The position numbers and the translations under genes were made by a program. Shown piece after piece: positions 49,463-59,111 of a stretch of DNA of 64,000 nt. How positions within the stretch are numbered: the first letter of the stretch is position 1; the number at the start of each line of letters is the position of its first letter. Below the pieces are notes generated by a model. The model was given only the letters and a program-made list of their open reading frames with translations. It did no database searches and was not told the origin of the DNA. The DNA comes from a virus: positions 95,508-159,507 of the IMG/VR virus record IMGVR_UViG_3300037137_001027; one strand, 5' to 3'.

Positions 49463-49496
49463 AAGCCTTGGGGTGACGGCATCCCAAGGCTTTTCT
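49463..49496 (+). terminator. intrinsic terminator
   Basis: AAGCCTTGGGGTG-ACGG-CATCCCAAGGCTT-TTCT. Confidence 0.85.
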
Positions 49497-49523
49497 AATA
49501 TTATAGCAATAGAAAGGAATAGA

Positions 49524-49742
49524 ATGGTAATGCAGAAGACAATAGATGATCTAGGTGCAGGTGCTTATTACATGATGCACAAATATGAAGCAATAGGCAA
49601 GAGGGGTAAGGCTATTATTTTTGAAATAGATGAGAAAGACTCGGAAGAGTTTGACCGTCTTTATAGGAAATATCTTAATAGCGAATTTCACCGATTTGAT
49701 TCTTGTATAATGTCCTTGAAAAAACTGCCCCAAATCAACTAA
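49524..49742 (+). CDS. small hypothetical protein
   Basis: AAGGA SD; DLG.GAY...F.....F pattern. Confidence 0.6.
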   Translation: MVMQKTIDDLGAGAYYMMHKYEAIGKRGKAIIFEIDEKDSEEFDRLYRKYLNSEFHRFDSCIMSLKKLPQIN

Positions 49743-49750
49743 ATATTGGC

Positions 49751-52294
49751 ATGAACAAGTGGCCAAAAATAAAGAGCAGTATTTATCAAGAAAAATTAGA
49801 TGAGGTTTGTAAAGTATTCGTTGATGTAAAAGATAATAGTGCGAGTACAAAGACCCCTCGTTGTGAGTGGACAGTCCCACTGAAAAATTGGACCACTGCA
49901 CAAATCAAGACAGACAATTCGCTCAAATTATCACTGCAAGAATTCGCCCATCTTAGCGGCCAGGTTAATGCCTTGAAAATAGCTATGGCAAACAACCACG
50001 GCAAAGAGAACGAAGTAATACAGGAATATCAGCAGGCTTTTACTAATGATTACTTAAGAATTCTAGAAAGTAAGACCAATGAGTTAAAACTAGAAGTTAC
50101 AGCCGAATTAGTAGAAGAGAAGCAATTTCCACTAGAACTTTTCGTCATTTGGTATGAAGAAGCTCATAAACTACCACCAGAACAATTTAATGAAGAATTA
50201 GGTGACTTTTGGGGAGATGTTTGGAAAAATGCTGGTAAAGGCGCAGGATATGGAGGTTTAATAGGTGGTGCTGCTGGTGGTATTCCTACAGGCGGTATGG
50301 GAACCTTTGCGGGCGCAGGCTTGGGCGGATTAGCAGGCTGGGCGGCTGGTGGATTATATGGCGGCGCTTCACACTTATTAAAGAAAGTTTGGCACTATCG
50401 ACAAACCCAACGTAATTTTGAACAGACAAAACAAAAAGCATTAGAAGCTCTTAAAAATTTGAAAGATTTATCTGATAACTTTGACATGCATCCAAATTTC
50501 ATAAAATCATTAGACACGATGATTGACCAGTTGGGAACTGCAAGAGCGTATCGCACAGCAGGAGCAACACCGCAACCTACAGACCAAAATGCTATACCTG
50601 GAAAGCAAGTTAATACGACAGAACCCCCAACGAGTCCAGAACCAGAAGCTTCACTTGGAACATCAGGAGTTCCTAAAACTACGCCGCCTCCTACTCCAGC
50701 TTCATCGTCAGCGGCGGCAGCTTCACCTCCTGTTTCACCGACCGCACCGCCAGGCGCAACTGCTGCCGCGCCATTAGCACCAAAGCCGACCGCACCGCCA
50801 GGCGCAACTGCTGCCGCGCCATTAGCACCAAAGCCGACCGCACCTGCACCAGTTGTATCAGCGCCAGTTACACCGACCGCACCTGAACCAGTTGTACCTC
50901 CAGTTGTATCAGCACCAGTCAAGCAAAAGAAAGAAGTGAACATAGCAAAGGGAATAATGCTTCAGGGGCGATTGGCATTTAGTAACGGTAGAAAATTAGA
51001 GGATAATCCTTGGCTTAGACCTGAAAAATTAGATAAGCCTAAAGCTGATACTTGGGCATATGGATATAACGCCGCAAAAGAAAAAGCTGAAAAGGGTACT
51101 CCAGGCATCCCACCAGAAGCCACACCCCCTGTAGAAACATCGCCAGAAACTACAACAGCACCTGCTAGAAAAAGATTTGATGAAGAAAAGCATATTTTGG
51201 ATCACTACAAAGATGCTAGTGAAGAAGAATTGGCTAAATTAGGCACAATAGCATTAAATACAATTGGCATCGTACAGGGAGATAACGATAAGCCGCAGTT
51301 GAACAAAATACAAGATATGGACTTTAATACTTTTACTGATGCGTTTCATCAGTTACGCGGCCCGCAGCATGTCCCAACAAATGAAGACGATTTAAAAGAC
51401 ATGGCAAACATTGGTAGACAGTTTTTACAACAACTTACCGATAAAACATCAGGTGGGGCAGGCACCTCAAAAGTAGACACAGGCGCTGGTGCGCCAGTGC
51501 CAAAAGAAGAGAAGCCGTTAAGTAAAGAAGAAGTTTTGGAAACTCTAAGGAAAAAGTTTGATTATCTTAGCCATTTAGCTTCACCTGATCTAAAAGCATT
51601 CATCGCAAAGCACGGCCTTGATGATTTGGCAAAAGATGATAATGACAAGATAACTGTTAGTGGTCCTGGCACCCCAAATCGTAAAGGATTTGTAAGAGAT
51701 TTAGCAGTTAAACTAAATCGGTCGTTAGGTGGCCCTGAAGAACCACCATCGCCAGAATTAGCAGAACTAAATCCAGCAGCGCCTGTTGCACCGCCAGCAG
51801 CAGCGGCAGCAAAGGCAACAGAGCCAGGTGAAGCTACACCACCTAAGCCAAAAGAACCAGAAGTGACGGCTACGCCGCCAGCGGCTAGCACTGTTAGTAG
51901 GCCACAACCCAAAAAAGAAGCCCCAACGGGAGAACCAGTTAGAGATTATAAAAAACACACAGATGAAGAACTTGAAAAGTTATCAAATAAAGAACTGAAA
52001 AAAATAGGTATGCACTTAGACTTGGACACAGACATTAAAGATGCTAGAAACAGACGTGACATTATTAATATCTTGGGACAATTCTATAGTATGCCAGATG
52101 CATCTGAAGGTGACAGAACAAGAACCGCAAAAGCAAAAGCTGAAAAGTGGGCAGCGGAAAACTTATTAAAAGGCAAACAAGAGTCCGCAATGGAAAAATA
52201 CGGCAGAATTCTCCATGAGCGAAAACTGGCTGCATTACCTATGAATGAAAAGGTGGGATATTTGAAATCTTTACTTAGTTGCCGTGGTAGCTAG
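49751..52294 (+). CDS. large Pro/Ala-rich protein with glycine zipper (putative ejection/internal protein)
   Basis: TAAATA box 5 nt before ATG; GxxxG run; PA linkers. Confidence 0.6.
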   Translation: MNKWPKIKSSIYQEKLDEVCKVFVDVKDNSASTKTPRCEWTVPLKNWTTAQIKTDNSLKLSLQEFAHLSGQVNALKIAMANNHGKENEVIQEYQQAFTNDYLRILESKTNELKLEVTAELVEEKQFPLELFVIWYEEAHKLPPEQFNEELGDFWGDVWKNAGKGAGYGGLIGGAAGGIPTGGMGTFAGAGLGGLAGWAAGGLYGGASHLLKKVWHYRQTQRNFEQTKQKALEALKNLKDLSDNFDMHPNFIKSLDTMIDQLGTARAYRTAGATPQPTDQNAIPGKQVNTTEPPTSPEPEASLGTSGVPKTTPPPTPASSSAAAASPPVSPTAPPGATAAAPLAPKPTAPPGATAAAPLAPKPTAPAPVVSAPVTPTAPEPVVPPVVSAPVKQKKEVNIAKGIMLQGRLAFSNGRKLEDNPWLRPEKLDKPKADTWAYGYNAAKEKAEKGTPGIPPEATPPVETSPETTTAPARKRFDEEKHILDHYKDASEEELAKLGTIALNTIGIVQGDNDKPQLNKIQDMDFNTFTDAFHQLRGPQHVPTNEDDLKDMANIGRQFLQQLTDKTSGGAGTSKVDTGAGAPVPKEEKPLSKEEVLETLRKKFDYLSHLASPDLKAFIAKHGLDDLAKDDNDKITVSGPGTPNRKGFVRDLAVKLNRSLGGPEEPPSPELAELNPAAPVAPPAAAAAKATEPGEATPPKPKEPEVTATPPAASTVSRPQPKKEAPTGEPVRDYKKHTDEELEKLSNKELKKIGMHLDLDTDIKDARNRRDIINILGQFYSMPDASEGDRTRTAKAKAEKWAAENLLKGKQESAMEKYGRILHERKLAALPMNEKVGYLKSLLSCRGS
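50738..50844 (+). repeat. 48-bp tandem repeat x2.2
   Basis: Encodes PTAPPGATAAAPLAPK. Confidence 0.9.
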
Positions 52295-53192
52295 TTAGCC
52301 AACGGACTGTTCCGCTTTCTGATCGCATAAATACGCTATTGGTAATTGGGCCGAATTCACTAAAACGAACCCCTTTCAGAAGGCTACCGTCCGTTATTCC
52401 AGTTGCTGCAAATACACAATGTCCAACTACTAGATCATCCTGATGATAAACCTTATCATCAAGTTTATTGCCATCTTTATCGCATAATTGTGCTTGAAAG
52501 CCACCGCCCAAGCATTTCACAGCACATGCAGTCAAAACTCCTTCGGGTGCGCCACCCGCGCCATACAACAAATCAATACCCCTATCTGGCAAACAAGCTG
52601 CTATAGCTCCACTAACATCGCAGTCCTGTATCAGCTTAATCCTAACGCCCATTTTTCTCATTCTTGCTATCACTTCAACATGGCGTGGTCTATCTAAAAT
52701 ACAAACCATAATGTCAGTCATTTTCTTGCCAGTAGCAAGTGCTAATAACTGTATCGTTCTCTCAATAGGATCGTTTATATTCAACTGGACAGTTTTGGCG
52801 ATAGAAGCTCCAAAAGCCAGTTTGTTCATATAGAACTCATGCGTCCGAAACATGCTGCCGCCATCGGCTACAGCTATTGTAGACATGGCTTCTGGACCAG
52901 AAGTAACGGTTGGTCTTGTACCTTCGATTGGATCAACTGCTATGTCTAATGCAGGAGTTTGTTCTGTCCTTAAACTACCAACATCTTCGCCGCAATAAAG
53001 ACCAAATGATTCATCTTTTTTACCTTCACCAATGGCTATGGTGCCACGGAACTCCATCTTATTTAGTCGGCGTCTCATTGCTTCGGTGGCAGCTTTATCT
53101 GCTTCTAGTTTATCACCGCTACCGATCCAATGAGAGGCGGCGATGGCGGCGTTCTCGGTAGTACGCACTATATCAAGACCCAACAATTTCAT
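52275..53192 (-). CDS. glpX: class II fructose-1,6-bisphosphatase
   Basis: R.TE.AA, AD.AA..AMR, IGEG..DE, DIAVDPIEGT, YM.KL, LDRPRH, D.DV, G.GGAPEGV, ATGITDG.LL.GV. Confidence 0.95.
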   Translation of the reverse strand: MKLLGLDIVRTTENAAIAASHWIGSGDKLEADKAATEAMRRRLNKMEFRGTIAIGEGKKDESFGLYCGEDVGSLRTEQTPALDIAVDPIEGTRPTVTSGPEAMSTIAVADGGSMFRTHEFYMNKLAFGASIAKTVQLNINDPIERTIQLLALATGKKMTDIMVCILDRPRHVEVIARMRKMGVRIKLIQDCDVSGAIAACLPDRGIDLLYGAGGAPEGVLTACAVKCLGGGFQAQLCDKDGNKLDDKVYHQDDLVVGHCVFAATGITDGSLLKGVRFSEFGPITNSVFMRSESGTVRWLTSYHGN

Positions 53193-53587
53193 TTCTTTTC
53201 CTCGGTAAAAGCTTGTTTTGCTTTCTTGGCCATTTCAGCCAAAGCAGCAGGATTAACAAGTGGCGAGGCTTCTTGCATTTTCATCGACGGGACAGCATGT
53301 TTTACAGCCGTTAATGGTTTTTCCTTCCGATATTCTGCAATGATTTTAGCATGTTCAGGATTATCTTCAAAGAGCATTTGCTCCTCGGTAATTGAAACAA
53401 TGTGTGGGAACAGTATGTAGCTGTGGCAATTGGTCATGGGATGAACCAACCAGATGCCTTTGTCGTCAACAGTTTCAACAAATCCCATAAAATAATCCAT
53501 CATTGCTTCTTCTTTGAAGCGAAAATTGATTTGGATTGTCGTGATTGTGCAGGCTTTGCCTATGAAATACTTCAAATACTCTTTCAT
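53189..53587 (-). CDS. hypothetical protein, Sm-like beta fold suspected
   Basis: L..FIGK.C.I...G.VE.VD..GI...HIVSI. Confidence 0.5.
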   Translation of the reverse strand: MKEYLKYFIGKACTITTIQINFRFKEEAMMDYFMGFVETVDDKGIWLVHPMTNCHSYILFPHIVSITEEQMLFEDNPEHAKIIAEYRKEKPLTAVKHAVPSMKMQEASPLVNPAALAEMAKKAKQAFTEEKK

Positions 53588-53618
53588 AAAATTAATATAG
53601 TAACGTAAATAGATTATT

Positions 53619-53951
53619 ATGCCAGGACCAGATCACAAAGCATATGCAGGTTTTAGGGGTACGATTCGAGCAATGTTGACTCATCACCCTGACAAGTTCA
53701 GTAAGGAAGCCTGTGGCAAGAAGGGTACGGGCAAACTTTGCCCTTATGCTATTGCCACCAAGGAAAAAGAAGAAGGTGACACGGCCCATTATAAAGAACT
53801 GCCACATACAACAAAAGGCGAACCTAAAAAGAAGCCAGAATTCAAGGATGAATCTTTTGCTGCTTATGTCGAGCATCGGGACTTAACGGAAGCTAAAAAG
53901 AAAAAGAAAATGACTGTTAGTATGCTAAATGCAACTGGCGGGATGCCTTAA
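53619..53951 (+). CDS. small basic late protein
   Basis: TAAATA box; ESFAAYVE...LTEA motif. Confidence 0.6.
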   Translation: MPGPDHKAYAGFRGTIRAMLTHHPDKFSKEACGKKGTGKLCPYAIATKEKEEGDTAHYKELPHTTKGEPKKKPEFKDESFAAYVEHRDLTEAKKKKKMTVSMLNATGGMP

Positions 53952-54139
53952 TGCCATTCAAAAGTAAATCACAAAGACGTGCGTGTTATGCTGCACATGA
54001 TCCTAATTGGGATTGTGGAGAATGGGAAGCCCACACCAAGGACAAAAAACTCCCTGAAAAAACCAAAAAACAAGAAAATTTTAGTTTTAGAGGTTGGTTA
54101 GATGATTACAGTAATAATTCCAGTATACAACAACGCTGA
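53951..54139 (+). CDS. small basic late protein
   Basis: MPFKSKSQRR..YA...WE..T..K.LPEK; TAATG coupling. Confidence 0.6.
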   Translation: MPFKSKSQRRACYAAHDPNWDCGEWEAHTKDKKLPEKTKKQENFSFRGWLDDYSNNSSIQQR

Positions 54140-54800
54140 TTATACTGAACAATGTATCAAATCTATTTGTTTAAAAAATATTCAAGAAATCATAGTGGTT
54201 GATAATGGATCAACTGACAATACTCCCCAATTACTCCAATCCTTGCCAGTTAAAGTAATAACATTAGAAAAAAACATAGGATTTGGCAAAGCTTGTAATA
54301 TGGGTCTGCATAATGCTAAAAGTGAATACATCTATTTCCTGAACAACGACACCATTTTGAACACAACCACTATTACAACTTTACTTGATAGAATTCAAGA
54401 TAATAGACTTGGTGCAGTTGGGTCTAAGGTTATATCACCTGAAGGAAAGATAAGAGAAGCGGGCGGCAACATTAACAGTAGTTATACATGGCAAAGGGGA
54501 ATAGGCTCAGATGGTAACGAGTATAATGATTTTGAAATAGTTGATTATTGTTCTGCCTGTAGTTTACTAACTAGAAAATCATTAATTACAAAAGGCTTTG
54601 ATGAAGTGTATGGGTATGGATATTATGAAGATGTAGACTTATGTATGCAAATAAAAAAACAAGGATATCTTATAGGTTATGAGCCATTATCAACAATTAT
54701 ACATTTTGAACAAACAACAAGTAGAAATGTAATCAAAGATGTTACTCATTTATCGAATACTAATAGATCAAGATTCTTACACAAGTGGGAATTAGTGTAA
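54102..54800 (+). CDS. glycosyltransferase family 2
   Basis: VIIPVYN, VVDNGSTD, N.GF..ACN.G, FLNND, GFDE, YEDVD. Confidence 0.92.
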   Translation: MITVIIPVYNNADYTEQCIKSICLKNIQEIIVVDNGSTDNTPQLLQSLPVKVITLEKNIGFGKACNMGLHNAKSEYIYFLNNDTILNTTTITTLLDRIQDNRLGAVGSKVISPEGKIREAGGNINSSYTWQRGIGSDGNEYNDFEIVDYCSACSLLTRKSLITKGFDEVYGYGYYEDVDLCMQIKKQGYLIGYEPLSTIIHFEQTTSRNVIKDVTHLSNTNRSRFLHKWELV

Positions 54801-55427
54801 GCTTTCTCCATAATCTGATAAAACTGCATGGCGAACAATAAGTTTTGTGTCACACAAAACCCTACAACCCAAACATTTACCAAATTGGCATACTCCCATA
54901 TGATCGGTAGGATGTGCTGGATTATACAAGTGTTTCGCGCCGCCGCGATAAACAAATGCTGGGACAATGTAAAAACAACCAACACTATCCATGTTTATAA
55001 ATCTTCTCCCAGGCTCCATGCAGTAAGGATAATTAATGTTGGTCCATTTCCAATTTTTAATGAACCCAGCAATATCATAAAATCTATCTTGACCATCAAG
55101 TAAAACCATAGGTGCAACGATTGCATTATATTCAATGCTAGTGCGGTAAATACTACTAATTAAAGTTAAAGAATAATCAATAATATCTGCATCTATCCAC
55201 AAAACGTGAGTATAATGCGGTTGTAAATAGTCTTCAACTATTGATTGTCTTATTTTAGCAGTGTGTCGAACACGATCTTCTAGATTAGTGATACCAGCGT
55301 CACCTGGACCGCGAGCATCTCGCACTACTTCAATAGCGTCACATTGCAGTCTATCTGATAGCTTCTTTGATAACTCACTAAGGACAGGTGACATATTAGG
55401 CTTAACTGGAATGAGAACAAGTATCAT
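54792..55427 (-). CDS. GT-A glycosyltransferase (Anp1-like)
   Basis: A.IR, HVLWIDAD, FYD..GF, DSVGC. Confidence 0.75.
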   Translation of the reverse strand: MILVLIPVKPNMSPVLSELSKKLSDRLQCDAIEVVRDARGPGDAGITNLEDRVRHTAKIRQSIVEDYLQPHYTHVLWIDADIIDYSLTLISSIYRTSIEYNAIVAPMVLLDGQDRFYDIAGFIKNWKWTNINYPYCMEPGRRFINMDSVGCFYIVPAFVYRGGAKHLYNPAHPTDHMGVCQFGKCLGCRVLCDTKLIVRHAVLSDYGESLH

Positions 55428-55442
55428 TTACCCTTCCATATA

Positions 55443-56447
55443 TCATTTATTTAATAAAAGAGTTATGGCGGTAAAATCATCAAATGATTTTTCATACTGT
55501 TCTATCCAAGCCACGATAATCTCTGTGTTAAATTTGACTAGCATTTTATTCCAATCCTTCACTCCAGCAGGCGGGATAACAAAAGTTATATCGGATATTT
55601 GGTTAAGTATTAGCTTTTTACCCATTTCAATAATACCGTTAAATCCCGCCTCATCTTCATCCAATGCTAGACATATCTTGTAATCTCTTATGAACTCTAT
55701 CTGTTTGTCACTTAAGGTTTTGCCACCACACGCCATGCCATTGAAACCGCATATTTTAAGGGTGAAAGCATCTAACTCACCTTCAGTCAGATATATCTTA
55801 GAGCCTTTATTTGGCCAGCAAGTCGCATAGATTACGTCACCCTTACCAACACCGATCCCCTTTTCAGGACCAAGATATCTCAATCCTTTATTTGACATAT
55901 TGCGGCCATTAAAATAAATAAGCCCGCCTTTAGCATCATAATATGGGATAATTATTCTATTTTTATAGTCTCCAGTCGAACAGACATAAAGACCTTCGGT
56001 TGGCAGCTTTCTTTTGACAAGATAATCTTCTGCTTCCATGCGAAGCAAGCTGCTTTTTGGCAAGCCTGTAATCAAATAAGTGTAAGGCGGAAGTTTGATT
56101 TTAACTTCTTTTGGTATGACTATTTCTTTTTCTTCAAAGAGCTTGTCTAATATATCTTCCAGTATCCTAATGGGCGTGTTGCCTGAAAGTAACTCTTTGG
56201 CTTCTTCGTAACTACAATTATCAACCTCCATGACCAGACCAACAAGAGTACCCTTCTTGTCGGTGTAGAAACAGCGATAGACTCCATCATCCCTATGATG
56301 TTTGCCACCATAAGGATTTGCCCACATGTGGTGTTTATGATCGGGCGCAAATATAGAGTTAAGTCTTACTTCTTTGCCCTTAATGACCACATCACCAGGG
56401 AAGCGATCTTCACACCATGAAACAAAGCTATCAAAATCAATTGACAT
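55443..56447 (-). CDS. DNA primase (DnaG/gp61 type)
   Basis: RIIIPY, F.GR, RY, YLTEGELDA, LALDED, KDWN. Confidence 0.9.
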   Translation of the reverse strand: MSIDFDSFVSWCEDRFPGDVVIKGKEVRLNSIFAPDHKHHMWANPYGGKHHRDDGVYRCFYTDKKGTLVGLVMEVDNCSYEEAKELLSGNTPIRILEDILDKLFEEKEIVIPKEVKIKLPPYTYLITGLPKSSLLRMEAEDYLVKRKLPTEGLYVCSTGDYKNRIIIPYYDAKGGLIYFNGRNMSNKGLRYLGPEKGIGVGKGDVIYATCWPNKGSKIYLTEGELDAFTLKICGFNGMACGGKTLSDKQIEFIRDYKICLALDEDEAGFNGIIEMGKKLILNQISDITFVIPPAGVKDWNKMLVKFNTEIIVAWIEQYEKSFDDFTAITLLLNK

Positions 56448-57051
56448 AATCAGGTTTTCTAATCAGCAATTTCCACACTTCTACCACGTCATCACCAAAC
56501 ATCTTGGACGGGACACGAAGATGTGTTCTCAATTCTATAAATTCAGAACAGATGAAATCTCGCGGGTCTTCGATGGACTGGTAGGAATAAATTCCACCAG
56601 TTTCTTTTACCTGTTCTTCTTTTATCTTATTCTCGTAATAAAAGCCAGATACTAACGCCACCTGTATTGGAAATACGTTAAATATCCTACGGTAGAAAGA
56701 AAATTTGTCCCATTTATCCATGCAGCATTCTGTGGAAAACAAACTGACAAAGGCATGGATCGGGAATCCAGCTTTCTCCGTGATTACTTTGTCGGGAACC
56801 CGCTTGTAGTCACAGGCGTAACAGTCGTGATGGGATGGCGGATTCAGGTCCAGGCCAAGATAACCGCTGTGTATTCCATGTTGCCTGTATTCACAACATT
56901 GTCCGCACCCAAAGTCAATAACGTTAAGGGGATACTTCCACTGCGGGAAGGCGGATTCGAAGGTGCGAAGCATGTAATTATGGGCATGTCTGACGGTAGC
57001 TTCCTGTAAGTAATTTTTATATTCATCGAAAAACTCTTGATTGTAACTCAT
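56437..57051 (-). CDS. SAM-dependent methyltransferase-like protein
   Basis: VIDFGCG, YLGLD. Confidence 0.6.
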   Translation of the reverse strand: MSYNQEFFDEYKNYLQEATVRHAHNYMLRTFESAFPQWKYPLNVIDFGCGQCCEYRQHGIHSGYLGLDLNPPSHHDCYACDYKRVPDKVITEKAGFPIHAFVSLFSTECCMDKWDKFSFYRRIFNVFPIQVALVSGFYYENKIKEEQVKETGGIYSYQSIEDPRDFICSEFIELRTHLRVPSKMFGDDVVEVWKLLIRKPDYVN

Positions 57052-57071
57052 TTTTATTGTAACCTTTCAAC

Positions 57072-57854
57072 ATGAGGAAAAAACTAGAACTAATGAAAAT
57101 AGAACATTTGAGCGTTTCCAGAGTCGGTGTATGGGAACTTTGCCAACAACAGTACAAGTACAAATACCACGAAAAAATACCATCCCTTGAAGAAGACCCA
57201 ATCTATTTTACTTATGGATCAATTGTACACAAAATTGCCGAAAGATACATAGAAAGTAAAGGCGAAATATTGATTTCTGAGATTGCCAATGATGTTTTGA
57301 ACGGCAAAATACCATTGGATGATGGCAAGAAGAACATCAAACTGCCCCAGGAATATAAGAGCAAGATAGTCGATCATATTCGGGCAATTAAGAAAATATC
57401 TGACCAGCTAGGGTTCGACGGTCACACGGAATGGGAATTCAATTTTGACTTAGACCCACCACACAAAAAGATCGTTATGGGCTATATCGACCGCTTGGTG
57501 CAAAAAGGTGATAAATTCTGGATTTTAGACTATAAAACAACCAAAAAAGGTCCGTGGCGCAAAGGTATAAAAGAGATCACAAATGATTTACAGTTAAAGA
57601 CTTATGCCAGAGTAGTTCAGAAAGAGTTCAATGCCAAAGCGGAAAACATTAAAGCAGCATTATATTACCTTGAAGGGCCAGAGTTAGTAGGCGCGACATT
57701 CAGTGAACAATCCCTGGATCGGGTTGAAGAAGAATTACTAAAATGCTATAATGAAATTGCAAACACTAATCCAAACAAGGTCTTAGGTAACGTCGGACAG
57801 CATTGTAGTAGATGCAACTATAGAAAAATTTGTCCTTTTTATTCATTAACATGA
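57072..57854 (+). CDS. RecB/Cas4-like PD-(D/E)xK exonuclease with Fe-S staple
   Basis: LS.S, C..Y, G..VH, GYIDR, ILDYKT, QL..Y, CSRC.....C. Confidence 0.9.
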   Translation: MRKKLELMKIEHLSVSRVGVWELCQQQYKYKYHEKIPSLEEDPIYFTYGSIVHKIAERYIESKGEILISEIANDVLNGKIPLDDGKKNIKLPQEYKSKIVDHIRAIKKISDQLGFDGHTEWEFNFDLDPPHKKIVMGYIDRLVQKGDKFWILDYKTTKKGPWRKGIKEITNDLQLKTYARVVQKEFNAKAENIKAALYYLEGPELVGATFSEQSLDRVEEELLKCYNEIANTNPNKVLGNVGQHCSRCNYRKICPFYSLT

Positions 57855-58276
57855 GCTTAACTTTAACAATATCTCATAATATGTTTTTGGACCGTCAACA
57901 ACGCTATGATCTTTTCGAAGGAAAAGAAGTAGATGTTGTTGGGGTCAGTGTTCCAGTGTGGTACTATCAAAAGAAAACATCGGAGCCAGGCAATGAAGTA
58001 TTCTGTAAATACAGACTAATACCTACAGACTATAAGATATTCGTAAAACATAATGATGAAGGATATGAAATATATCTCCCAAAGAAATCTTTTAATCCAG
58101 AAGATAACAGAAACAATCCTTTGACATTAAAAAACATATTGGATCATAAGGATGGCGGAATTGAATGGATAGCTTTTAGGCAATTTGGCAAGGCTAAGAA
58201 AAACAAAAGGTCAGTTGATATCATCCATTTTGTGGAAATTAAAACTATAGAAGAGTTTGAAAAAACTACATCATAA
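57851..58276 (+). CDS. hypothetical protein
   Basis: ATGA coupling to nuclease gene. Confidence 0.6.
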   Translation: MSLTLTISHNMFLDRQQRYDLFEGKEVDVVGVSVPVWYYQKKTSEPGNEVFCKYRLIPTDYKIFVKHNDEGYEIYLPKKSFNPEDNRNNPLTLKNILDHKDGGIEWIAFRQFGKAKKNKRSVDIIHFVEIKTIEEFEKTTS

Positions 58277-59086
58277 CATAATTGTTGGTTTCGTTCTTTT
58301 GTTTCTAAAATGTTCTCTAACATTATCTTCACGATACATGTCGGCTTCTGTTGGATGAATAATAGCAGTGTGAGAATGTGTAATTGGAATTAGTCCAGTC
58401 GGCGTTGAGAAGCTTGGCAGCGATTGCCGCCATTTCATTTCCATAATATGTCCTATATTCTCAACCCTGCATACATTACAACCAAGTAACCAAGTCGATA
58501 TCTGGTCGTGGGCAAAGTGGATTAAAGGATATAGTTTGTCAAACTTATCAGCAGGCATTAAGCCAATTTGTTTAAAAAATTTGAAACAATGATTGGTCCA
58601 CATCATACAGGGGCCAGCCGCCATTTCAGTTCTGAAATTATATGTGTACTCACCCATAAATCCAGAAGTTCTTAAAGAACTATGAAACCCAAAATCTTTA
58701 CTAGGAGTATGCCAAATACTGCCAACAAAAAATATGTCTGTATCTACTACCTTGCTGGACATTATATCAATGAATGGTCCGACACATAATGCATCAGAAT
58801 CCATAGTAATAACATGATGATAACCCATCGGTTTAAAGTAATCCAAAGCATGAATGATTGTGCGTAAAATGCCACGTCCCCAACCATTCTGTTCGGAAGA
58901 AACAAATACATGTTCCTTGCCATATCTACTTCTTAATGAAGATGCAGCTTCTTTATTAAAATCAATTGCAAAAACCACATCATAATTTCCCTTGTTATAA
59001 TATCTTATTGAATCGGCAGTATCGACCAAGTAATGTGGGTTTTTGTGACCTACTACCATCACTAGAGTTTTTGGATTTTTTAGCAT
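58271..59086 (-). CDS. GT-A glycosyltransferase-like protein
   Basis: DT.DSI, NGWG, ITMDSD, GP.M, HDQ. Confidence 0.6.
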   Translation of the reverse strand: MLKNPKTLVMVVGHKNPHYLVDTADSIRYYNKGNYDVVFAIDFNKEAASSLRSRYGKEHVFVSSEQNGWGRGILRTIIHALDYFKPMGYHHVITMDSDALCVGPFIDIMSSKVVDTDIFFVGSIWHTPSKDFGFHSSLRTSGFMGEYTYNFRTEMAAGPCMMWTNHCFKFFKQIGLMPADKFDKLYPLIHFAHDQISTWLLGCNVCRVENIGHIMEMKWRQSLPSFSTPTGLIPITHSHTAIIHPTEADMYREDNVREHFRNKRTKPTIML

Positions 59087-59111
59087 CGGCCCCCTCTACC
59101 ATATATAATAC

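Noticed and set aside
50395-51912. Gly/Ala/Val-rich antisense ORFs
   Set aside because: Mirror of Pro/Ala/Thr codons on the + strand
57072-57854. Cas4-like nuclease as part of a CRISPR-Cas system
   Set aside because: No array or other cas genes; solo RecB/Cas4-like nucleases are common in phages
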